Positions 27,484-35,910 of a stretch of 35,910 nucleotides of DNA are shown here, one piece after another. The translations under genes were made by a program, and so were the position numbers. Within the stretch, counting starts at the first letter, position 1, and each line of letters begins with the position of its first letter. Under the pieces are notes generated by a model. The model ran no database searches. It worked only from the letters and a program-made list of their open reading frames with translations, and was not told the origin of the DNA. This stretch comes from Promethearchaeota archaeon (lineage in GTDB: Archaea; Asgardarchaeota; Lokiarchaeia; Sigyniarchaeales; SOKP01), in assembly GCA_016930515.1 (NCBI GenBank), contig JAFGGO010000186.1, positions 1 through 35,910 of the forward strand, given 5' to 3'.

Positions 27484-28155
27484 ATGATTGAAAGAAAAAA
27501 AAATACACGGGCGAGAGCTCCCGAAAAAAAGAAGAAACAACTCGATAATATATTAGAAGTAGGTAAAGATCTTTTTATTAGATACGGCGCTCAAGGGTTT
27601 AGCTTGAGACAATTAGCGGATAAATTAAACATGGCTAAATCAAACTTATACAATTACGTGGAGTCTAAAAGAGAATTGTGGTTCGCAATCAGATCTAGAT
27701 ATTTTTTTGAATACGAAAAAGGATTTGCGGATATTTTAAAGACTCATGACAGTGATTATGTGGATTTGGGAGTAAAATGGGCGCAATACTTCCTCGATTT
27801 TGCGGCTGCAGATAGAAAACGATTTGAAATGATGTTTTTCATTCGGGCACCATCGTCAAACAAGACAGGGGCCTACGAAAAAAAATACCGCCCGCTCGAT
27901 CCGATAATAAAAGGAATTAACATAACGCTTCGAGCAGTCGAAGAAGGAAAAAATAAAGAAAAAGATCCCGTTGGGCTTTATTATTACATGTATGCGACCT
28001 GTCTAGGTGCGGCTAAAGTCGAAGCTGACCTAAAATTAACATATAAAATCTTGGATCCCTCGATGATCGAAAAAACTGTTCTAAGTAATAAGCATTTTCG
28101 AGATTTTTTTTTAAAAGAATTCAGAACGCGATTAGAAAAAGCGTATATAACATGA
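27484..28155 (+). CDS. TetR/AcrR family transcriptional regulator
   Basis: ILEVGKDLFIRYGAQGFSLRQLADKLNMAKSNLYNYVESKRELW is a TetR HTH. The C-terminal domain is helical. Confidence 0.92.
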   Translation: MIERKKNTRARAPEKKKKQLDNILEVGKDLFIRYGAQGFSLRQLADKLNMAKSNLYNYVESKRELWFAIRSRYFFEYEKGFADILKTHDSDYVDLGVKWAQYFLDFAAADRKRFEMMFFIRAPSSNKTGAYEKKYRPLDPIIKGINITLRAVEEGKNKEKDPVGLYYYMYATCLGAAKVEADLKLTYKILDPSMIEKTVLSNKHFRDFFLKEFRTRLEKAYIT

Positions 28156-28335
28156 TTTTAAGCGTATTAAAGTTAATGAAATTTTCTATTTTCGTCACTT
28201 AATGATAGGTCACGATCATTTAAAGATTAGATTTGATCGAAATAGATAAGAAAGATTTAAATATTTTTTTCAGATAATAGTTTTGAGAAAATTAGATTTT
28301 TTTTTCTTCATCAAAAATGAAAGGAGGAAAGAAAA

Positions 28336-28512
28336 ATGAATAATAAATCAGATAATGGTCCGAGAAGGAATAAAAGATTAATGCTCGTGGATGACGAGGA
28401 CGAATACGACGATATTTATAATTACGACGATGAGGACGAATATATAGACTATCACGAGGATTACGAAGACGATTATTACTATTCGCAAGATATACACGAA
28501 GATAGATATTGA
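28336..28512 (+). CDS. Small Asp/Glu/Tyr-rich protein, 58 aa (not in the ORF track)
   Basis: GGAGG SD at 28323-28327 and ATG at 28336. MNNKSDNGPRRNKRLMLVDDEDEYDDIYNYDDEDEYIDYHEDYEDDYYYSQDIHEDRY*. Confidence 0.7.
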   Translation: MNNKSDNGPRRNKRLMLVDDEDEYDDIYNYDDEDEYIDYHEDYEDDYYYSQDIHEDRY

Positions 28513-28610
28513 TGAACTATTTAATATAAGTTGATTGGATGTTCTCATTGATGATCAAGAGAGAGAAATCAATATTCTATTTATTTATAAAATTAAATTC
28601 TTTGTAAGAG

Positions 28611-28832
28611 TTAAATAAGTAATAAATACGAATATTTTGTAAGGTCAAATTTTTCTATTTTAACATCTCTCTTGTTGCTATTCTTATCTATTGAAGCTAA
28701 GTGAGTCTTCAGAACATAGTTACAGCTTGGAAAATAAATATTCATGTAAAAGATCTTTTCAATCTTGTCGTAATCCACATGCATCGTGATTTCGCATAAT
28801 TCGGTTCGTGTTTGGGAAACTTTGAAAAACAT
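28611..28832 (-). CDS. Possible small hypothetical protein, 73 aa
   Basis: ATG-initiated ORF in otherwise empty space. No motif. Confidence 0.3.
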   Translation of the reverse strand: MFFKVSQTRTELCEITMHVDYDKIEKIFYMNIYFPSCNYVLKTHLASIDKNSNKRDVKIEKFDLTKYSYLLLI

Positions 28833-29266
28833 AACTCGTCGAACAACAAAAATTTGTTTATAATAAAGATCAAATTAATAACAAGACTTCATATTTTTAA
28901 ACCTAGTTATTACCTGCAATTAGAGCAATTATTTAAGTGAGGAAAGAATTGGGTGAAATTTCGATATTATATTAACCTAGATCCTCTAAATCTACGATAA
29001 AAGTATTGCAAACTTCAAATGAAATCATTTCATTAGGGAAAGCTTTCTAATCAACCTATTAGTCGATAATAAAAAGTATACTTGTTGTAGATAATAATCA
29101 TTCTATTAATACTTGAAAAATTCTTGTTGATGATTTTTGGATCGAATACTTAAAAGAGAGCAAAATAATTGAGCAAATCGTCAAGAGGAGATGTAATTGT
29201 TTAATGTTCCTTGAGCTTCTGGTAAAATTAAGATAAATTTACTTCCCATAGCATGGTATCCTTTTA

Positions 29267-30288
29267 CTATAAGGATTCGCTTACATCTATTACCGATATA
29301 ATGGCCTGTAATATATTAGTTATATCGTGTGCGAATAAGTCCTTGTAAAATTCAGCTCTTTCATATGCCTCCATGTATTTCTTCTCTGATTTTTTTAATT
29401 GTTGTTCCATTTTTTTATACTTGGTAATGTCTTGAACCGTCCCCACCATACGCACTGGTATACCAATCTCGTCATAGGTAACTTCCGCTTGTTCATAAAC
29501 GATACGAATTTTCCCATCCCATATTATTATTTGGTGATCAATACTATAAGGTTTTTTTTGTATAAAGCGTGTTCAACCGATTTTTTTACGAAGTCACGAT
29601 CATCAGGATGCACAAAACTCAAAAAAGCGTCATAGCTTTCTACAAATTCTTGTTTGGGTACATTGAAAATGCGATATATTTCATCGGACCATAATAATTC
29701 GTTTTTAATGATGTCCCAATCCCAATTCCCGATATGGGCAATTCGTTGGGCGTCCGCAAGGCTAGCTTGGCTTTTTTTGAGCACCCGCTCTGCTTTTTTT
29801 GAGCACCGCTCTGCTTTTTTTTCGCTCGCGATATCTCTAAAGATTAAAACAACCCCCATAACATTGTCTATATCATCTATTATGGGGGCTGCGTTGTACG
29901 CCACTGGAATTTAGCGCTTGTCTTTGGTTAGTAAAATCAAGTGGTTGGATTTTCTCAAAATCTTTTTTTCGCGAACAATTCTTGAGATTGAATCTTTTAT
30001 CTGATTTCGAGAGCCCTTCTTAATCACGTTAAAAACTTCTATTGCTGACCTTCCCGTGGCTTCATCTTTTTCCCAACAAGTTAATTTTCCTGCCAAGGGA
30101 TTAATAAATCTGATAATACCATTATTATTTGTAGTTATAACTGCATCACCAATGCTATTGAGCGTGGTGAGCGTGGTGGATAATAGCTCCTTGGATTCTC
30201 TCAATTCAATTGCATATTTTCTAATTGTCGTACTATATTGTTCAAACCATTTTTTCCCCTCAGATATGAATTGCTTCAGATCGTCCAT
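29267..30288 (-). pseudogene. Disrupted PAS-PAS histidine kinase
   Basis: The three track ORFs join into one protein. There is an in-frame TAA at 29911-29913 (KDKR*IPV in the PAC motif) and a frameshift in an A8 run (29552-29559; the shifted frame reads PYSIDHQIIIWDGKIRIVYEQAEV...RMVGTVQDIT). It ends shortly after the H-box FAHDITNILQ with no HATPase domain. Confidence 0.85.
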
Positions 30289-30544
30289 GAATAATCCTAT
30301 AAGTCAAAATTTTTCTTATTAAAAAAGAAACGATTATTTAAACCTTTATAATCACTAAACAAATATTATTTCGCTTATAAATGTCTCTCTGAGGATGAAA
30401 AGGGACATGAATTTAAGCACGAAATTGAATATGGAAGATTGGTTCTTTTATTACTTTTATTTAGATATTACTTTTCGAATAAAAGGTTTAATTAAGGATT
30501 TAATCGTAAATAAAAAATATACCTTTTAATATGATATTTAGTTA

Positions 30545-31029
30545 TCAACTTTTTTTTATAAAATTCTTTTTGCACTTAATTGATACGATTTTGCTTTCAA
30601 TTACAACGGGATTTTTGGATAAAAAAAATGCAGTATCTTAATATGGCAGTTTTGAATTTGATCTTTTTGAGATTTGGAAAGTTTTAGCCGTTTTAAGGCG
30701 CAATCTTTAAGGATCAAATTATTTTCTCAGATTACAAGGGATTTAAAGGTACAATTTTTGAAGGAAATGTTTTTTATTTTAAAAATAATTATATAACGGA
30801 TTCTTGCGCTAAGATTTCTAAATATTACAGTTTTATTCATGCTATTTGAATAAAAATCTCTCGGTAATTGAGCATTGGAGTCTATTACTAGTGGAATTTT
30901 TGATCCTTTCTTCAAGTTGGAATACAGGGTGGTAATTACATCTCCGCTACCATTTTCTAATGGTAATTTTTTTATAATTGAAGAAAATGAAGATGTTCGT
31001 GAAACTGCCCTTTTACGATCTTTCATCAA
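30545..31029 (-). pseudogene. Disrupted beta-helix-like repeat protein
   Basis: 17-19 aa units (KNISFKNCTF / NLILKDCAL / DQIQNCHI) continue across an in-frame TGA at 30727-30729. A likely frameshift lies in a T8 run at 30621-30628. Confidence 0.5.
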
Positions 31030-31297
31030 TACAAGAATAGTATAGAGATATTTCCGATGTATTATCTCATCCTATCTTTTATAAACCTTTTTTTAAAGTT
31101 TTAAATCTCTAATAAATTGATATTTTATTGAAATTTTTGGTTATTTTGAAAAATTGATTTTTGATATCCGTTATCCTTTTAAAAAAAAAGATTATGACTG
31201 AAATAGCAAAAAAAAAGTAAAATTTTAAAAAAAATCAATAATGTCTATTAAAAATTTCATTTAATTAAACTGAATGAAAAAAAAATAATTATTAATC

Positions 31298-31620
31298 ATG
31301 ATAGAAGCATTACGATTTAAACCTATAACTGATTTTGACAGGGGAACGCTTAATGATCTATTAATTCGAAGTTATAGAGTTTTTTATACGAAAATGACGA
31401 AAATGAACGCCATAAATGGGCAAATTATGATAAGGACGCTTATGATAATCTTGAAACTTAACTAATAGTAAGTACTGAGGACCATCCGTTTTTCATTTCT
31501 GCTCAGAAGATGTATTTATCTTGTGGATTCAAAGAAGTTAGAAGAGGACCGAATCAAAATACGGGCGATCCTTATCCAGAAGAATTGGAAAAAAGAACAA
31601 GGATTATTAAATTAAAAGAA
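31298..31620 (+). pseudogene. Disrupted GNAT acetyltransferase (not in the ORF track)
   Basis: MIEALRFKPITDFDRGTLNDLLIRSY, then a frameshift at T6 (31380-31385) to YENDENERHKWANYDKDAYDNLET*, then LIVSTEDHPFFISAQKMYLSCGFKEVRR (GNAT motif B). The central motif A region is missing. Confidence 0.65.
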
Positions 31621-31626
31621 AAAGAT

Positions 31627-32997
31627 TTAAGATTTAGAATTTCGATTTTTTTTTTTTCTTATCTCTATTATCAGTAATAGGATTGCTAAACCACTGGTAA
31701 CGAATGCCAGCACATATAGAATTACAAACAAAGCATCTTGAAGATCTTCTCCGACTCCAAGAATTTCTTGCTCGTAGCCGAAGAGAAATGCGGAATAGAT
31801 GCAAATTATAGCTGTGAGCACGACAAGTGTGATAAGAATAATTTTTCCAAATGCATCTTGGAAGAACCCTCCAGTTTCGTCGAGTTTCTCTGGATGCTTC
31901 ATATATTTCAAATTAGTTATATCGGGTTTTTTGATTTGTAAGGTGCCCAGATCCATGAATTCGCTCGCTTTTATGCGCGTATTATTCACCCAACGTTCGT
32001 GATATATCCCCAGATACAAGAGCGAGATCATGAACGGTACCGCAGCAGACATCCCGAGAATGATGCCGAACCAGAGAAAGGTCGAACCAAACACGTTAGC
32101 TGCGGCAAGTGGATTTTTCATCAATTCCCCAATGCTAGGTGCTTCAGTACTATTCAAGACGAGACATGCCGCAAATTGGTTAGCAAGGTTATAGACTAAG
32201 ACAATCCCAAAAAAGCCCAAGATTTTACTCAGGATTCCGGACCTCAAGTAATACCCCAAGCGAATGGTGTCCTGAAGCTCGTTAATTCGATACGCTTGGG
32301 TGTCTTCTGCAACCCAAAACGTTGGCATGACATATGTCAAGATCAATAACGAGAAGGGACCAATGTATATGGTCATATCAACCATTAATTCTTGTATAAC
32401 CGAATAATAATCTGAAACATACTCCCAGATATATGGGGCAGCGAATTGAGAAATTAAAACGCTCATGCCAATAGAAATAGATAATACTTCCACGACCCTC
32501 TTGACGAATACTTTAATGCTTCTAATCTCGCTTCCAAGGTCCAAATCCATGGGATACGCTTCAAGGTAATAGATATCCTTGGTTCGCAACGGGTATCCAA
32601 GGAGAAACTGTCCGGGTCCAGGCCTTTTTCTCGAAACGGTTTTTCTCAAATATTTTACCATGCTTTTTGAGGCAAACCGTGATCCAATCTCGCCCCACGC
32701 CAATAATGGCACGATCGAAATGGCGAGAAAGAGCAAGGGAACATACCAATAGGGCCATATTGGAAAGTCATCGATACTATACAATTCCGTGCCTAACATT
32801 GAATCATACAGTTTCAAATAGAGTCCAGAGAAATATATAAATTGGATCAAAAAGAGTATCGCGAAAATCGAAAGAAGGACTGCGATGTATTTCTTTGGCA
32901 ATATTACATCAAACTTATCGTCAGCGCTACCCTCACCTAAATGTTTTGGTTTCCTTGTATAAAGGAATTCTATTTTTTCAGAGTTGTTATTAGACAT
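31627..32997 (-). CDS. Uncharacterised multi-pass membrane protein, 456 aa
   Basis: About 8 hydrophobic helices with charged loops and a basic C-terminal tail. No family recognised. Confidence 0.75.
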   Translation of the reverse strand: MSNNNSEKIEFLYTRKPKHLGEGSADDKFDVILPKKYIAVLLSIFAILFLIQFIYFSGLYLKLYDSMLGTELYSIDDFPIWPYWYVPLLFLAISIVPLLAWGEIGSRFASKSMVKYLRKTVSRKRPGPGQFLLGYPLRTKDIYYLEAYPMDLDLGSEIRSIKVFVKRVVEVLSISIGMSVLISQFAAPYIWEYVSDYYSVIQELMVDMTIYIGPFSLLILTYVMPTFWVAEDTQAYRINELQDTIRLGYYLRSGILSKILGFFGIVLVYNLANQFAACLVLNSTEAPSIGELMKNPLAAANVFGSTFLWFGIILGMSAAVPFMISLLYLGIYHERWVNNTRIKASEFMDLGTLQIKKPDITNLKYMKHPEKLDETGGFFQDAFGKIILITLVVLTAIICIYSAFLFGYEQEILGVGEDLQDALFVILYVLAFVTSGLAILLLIIEIRKKKNRNSKS

Positions 32998-33345
32998 GAT
33001 AAAACCTAATGTTGTTTTTGATGTGACATATATAGCAAAAGTTAGTATTTTAATTTATTCCGTGTTAAAATTTTTTTGCTATCAAAATAGAATTGGAATA
33101 AATTATGTCTATTAATTATTAGGTTTAAATCCTATCGTAACTAAATAACCATGATATTTTAAAAATTGAATATCGCTAATCCCGTGTGGTTCTAATATGT
33201 TTCTAATCTCTTCTTCCGTGAAAATTAATTTTTTTAACCTAATTTGAAGATTTTTTTAATATAAAAATCCTTATTGTTAACCCTTAAATTTATATCTCTC
33301 GTTTTCATTCTATTTTCCAATATATGTTTAAAATAGGTTATTATA

Positions 33346-33810
33346 ATGAAGATTGCAATTTTATATGATAGTAAGTATGGAAATACAAAAAAAATAGCGG
33401 AATTCTTGACTGAGAAAATACATGAAAGTGGAAATGATGTGCAATTATTTAAAACAAAGGAGACAAAACCATCGCAATTATTTACTTATCAACCAGTAGC
33501 ATTACTGGTAGGAGGACCAACGCATTTTGGAAAACCTACTCGTAATCTTACGAAATATTTAAAGAAACTTGGTAAACTTAATTCACCAATCCTCAAAGCT
33601 GCAGTATTTAATTGTTATACGGGTGATAATGTGTGTAAAAATATCAAGGAAATTATCTCCATTAATTTACCCAAAATAGAACTATTAGAAAAATCTCTTC
33701 CAATCTGCACTTCGGCAGATGGAAACGATTGGAAAAAAATTGCGTTACCGAATAATTGGAAAGATGATGCGAGCGCCTTCCTCTCCGAGTTTATGAATTT
33801 TTTATCATAA
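33346..33810 (+). CDS. Flavodoxin-like protein
   Basis: ILYDSKYGNTKKIAE (FMN phosphate loop), LLVGGPTH, AAVFNC. Confidence 0.85.
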   Translation: MKIAILYDSKYGNTKKIAEFLTEKIHESGNDVQLFKTKETKPSQLFTYQPVALLVGGPTHFGKPTRNLTKYLKKLGKLNSPILKAAVFNCYTGDNVCKNIKEIISINLPKIELLEKSLPICTSADGNDWKKIALPNNWKDDASAFLSEFMNFLS

Positions 33811-33847
33811 AACCAAGATTTTTAAGTGATTTTCTTTTTTTTTGATT

Positions 33848-34315
33848 TTATAATTTAAAGCTTTTCTCTTTTACATCTCTATTAGTCAATACAAGTTCTG
33901 CGATATCTGGATGTAAATGTTCGTTTTGCCATTCTCTCTCTGCTTGAACGGATTTAGCCGCATTTTTCACTGCTTTCAAGGCGTATAAAGCAGCTCCTAA
34001 CGAATGGTCAGCCATGTGAGCTGTAGCAACGGCGTGACCAATAGCACGAGCAATAGCAACCATAATTGGATTGATGGTTTCTCTTGCCACGGTATGGGCT
34101 TCTATCGATGCCTTCCGTGCGTCTCCTACTGAAGCCTTTCCTTTCTCCCATGCTTTGGCGATTGTTAGGGCATTAGCGAGACGATCGTCTATATTATCTT
34201 TTAAGAGAGGAAGTACGTGTTCGGTACATTGAATGGCCCACCTCATGAGTTGGTGATGTTGTTCCAGCTTCAATGATCCCTCCCGATGGTCTCGAACAAA
34301 TCGTTTATCGCGCAA
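33848..34315 (-). CDS. Imm5-like (putative immunity family) all-helical protein
   Basis: WAIQCTEHVL, ARKASIEAHTVARE, ARAIGHAVATAHMADHSLGAALYA, EREWQ. The start is more plausibly TTG at 34315 (MRDKRF) than 34399. Confidence 0.75.
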   Translation of the reverse strand: MRDKRFVRDHREGSLKLEQHHQLMRWAIQCTEHVLPLLKDNIDDRLANALTIAKAWEKGKASVGDARKASIEAHTVARETINPIMVAIARAIGHAVATAHMADHSLGAALYALKAVKNAAKSVQAEREWQNEHLHPDIAELVLTNRDVKEKSFKL

Positions 34316-34729
34316 TTTGTTTCCAATAATAATTTTATACCAAGTCTTATATGATAAATAGATTTTATTTTCAAAAAATTTCTTTTTTCTAAATTTCAAG
34401 AACGAATAACAAAAAATTTATAAAAAAGTAAGAAATTTAAAAATATGAAGGAAAACTCTAGTGTTATCTGTTGATAACACTTCTAATTTATCTCCTTCTT
34501 CTTGTACTACTATTTTATTAAGATTTAGAGGCGTAATTAAATCACCTCATACGATTATATTTTTGTCACCATAATAGTATATATCTCTTACATATCAATT
34601 CAAATACATGAACCAATCAAATAATTTAACTTTTAAAAACATGAATTTGAGGACTATAAAGATAATGGCATAACTTTTTAAACGAAGAAAAGACCATTAA
34701 TACAAATTAACTTATCTAATAAGAGAAAT

Positions 34730-35716
34730 ATGAAACAGAGAGTATTATTAACTGGAGCTTTTGGTAACGTGGGACAGAATACATTGAAACAATTATTGAT
34801 ACGCGACCACGAGGTTACTTGTTTTGATCTACCAAATCCCCAAAATAAAAAAATACATGAAAAATTATCAAAAAAGCTGAAATTTAAAACAGTTTGGGGT
34901 AATATTCTGAGTAAAGAGGAATTAAATAAAGCCGTAAGTGGAATTGAATGCATTATCCATCTTGCTGCCATAATTCCTCCCATGAGTGAAAAAAATCCAG
35001 ATTTAGCCCGCAAAGTAAATATCGAGGGTACTAGAAATCTATTAGAGGCCGCAAAAAAGTTACCTAATAAACCCAGATTCATTATTGCAAGTTCTGCGAG
35101 CGTTCATGGAGTTACAATGCATTTAGAACCTCCCGTAACATCCAATACTCCCTTGAATCCTTCTGATGTTTATTCTCAAACAAAAGTGGAATGCGAACAA
35201 ATGTTGAAAAATAGCGGCCTTCCCTGGATGATCTTACGATTAGCAGCGGTATCTGTCGAAAACATGCCTTTTAAATTGGAAGACGTCGCATCTATCTTAT
35301 TTGACGTGCCACTTGATCAACGAATTGAATTCATATCGTCAAATGATTGTGGAATTGCTTTTGCAAACGCAGTAACAGTTGATAGAACAAATAATGTATT
35401 TTTGATTGGTGGTGGTGAAGAAAGTCAATTATTAGAAAGAGATTTCATAAAGGGATTCTTTTATGGTTTTGGATTGAAAATGCTACCCGAGAAAGCATTT
35501 AAACCAGTAAAGACAAACGAAGATTGGTTATATATCGATTGGATGGACACGAGGGAATCCCAAGAAGCGCTTCACTTTCAGACAATTTCATTTCCTCAAT
35601 ACGTTGATAACTTGAAAAAAAACCATAAACTGAGAAGGGCTGCAATCAAAATATGTTCTCCTCTCGCTAAAATTATTTTACTCAGAATGTCTCCTTATTA
35701 TAAAATGTCCCAATAA
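34730..35716 (+). CDS. Extended SDR, NAD(P)-dependent epimerase/dehydratase or 3-beta-HSD-like oxidoreductase
   Basis: TGAFGNVG, IIHLAA, VNIEGT, ASSASVHG, YSQTK (YxxxK). Confidence 0.88.
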   Translation: MKQRVLLTGAFGNVGQNTLKQLLIRDHEVTCFDLPNPQNKKIHEKLSKKLKFKTVWGNILSKEELNKAVSGIECIIHLAAIIPPMSEKNPDLARKVNIEGTRNLLEAAKKLPNKPRFIIASSASVHGVTMHLEPPVTSNTPLNPSDVYSQTKVECEQMLKNSGLPWMILRLAAVSVENMPFKLEDVASILFDVPLDQRIEFISSNDCGIAFANAVTVDRTNNVFLIGGGEESQLLERDFIKGFFYGFGLKMLPEKAFKPVKTNEDWLYIDWMDTRESQEALHFQTISFPQYVDNLKKNHKLRRAAIKICSPLAKIILLRMSPYYKMSQ

Positions 35717-35910
35717 CAGTAATATTGGAATCATTAATGTTTTTTAAAGTGCTTAGAATATAATTTTATTTTGGATTATCATTAAATTGAAAAAAGATAG
35801 AATAATTGTATTTTAGAATTCATACAGTTACATAAAATCTGGACATCTGCGGATATCCTCTTTTTGGCCTGTAACTGACGGTCGTGACCACTCCTTATAG
35901 AAGAGGTCAA

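Noticed and set aside
34316-34399. N-terminal extension of the Imm5-like ORF
   Set aside because: AT-rich K/F/I/Y sequence typical of intergenic DNA. The family-like sequence begins at TTG 34315.
98-35082. Many short antisense or alternate-frame ORFs in the track (e.g. 1525-1890, 15213-15761, 23506-23868, 34678-35082)
   Set aside because: They are shadows of well-supported genes and have no motifs of their own.
35820-35910. GC-richer end of the window, possibly the 3' end of a minus-strand gene
   Set aside because: Two minus frames are open and the segment is too short to assign.

Overview
AT-rich archaeal window, most likely from an Asgard archaeon (Lokiarchaeia/Promethearchaeia). The assignment is inferred from GGTGA Shine-Dalgarno motifs, TATA boxes, oligo-T terminators, an IPGF+TM+basic C-terminal sorting tail and an FAHDITNILQ-type kinase H-box. 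No rRNA, tRNA or CRISPR array was seen. Contents: (1) 1-6469, a cellobiose/cellodextrin locus (family-5 binding protein, ArsR-HTH fusion regulator, GH94 phosphorylase) in which all three promoters carry a TACTA-N6-TAGTA palindrome. (2) 6617-9000, a soluble LRR-TIR protein with an intact catalytic-type Glu, followed by a GC-enriched inverted-repeat segment. (3) 9076-28155, the best candidate for an undescribed system: a lipid-linked glycyl-radical module. It comprises a long-chain acyl-CoA ligase, a GRE activase fused to an SCP2 lipid-binding domain (real start apparently a non-canonical ATA missed by the ORF track), an eliminase-type GRE (GCVE / KVSGYS) and a V4R/H-NOX-like protein. Next to it lies an Opp-type ABC importer whose two ATPases each carry a large N-terminal membrane domain. 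A shared operator-like motif (ATGAAC(A/G)TCATTCATTTAT, 20/21 identity) links the ligase promoter to the transporter promoter, and a TetR gene lies nearby. (4) 28336-31620, an unannotated 58-aa Asp/Glu/Tyr-rich ORF and three decayed genes (PAS histidine kinase, beta-helix protein, GNAT). (5) 31627-35716, a membrane protein, flavodoxin, an Imm5-like protein and an extended SDR. All family calls come from motif recognition by eye; no searches were run.
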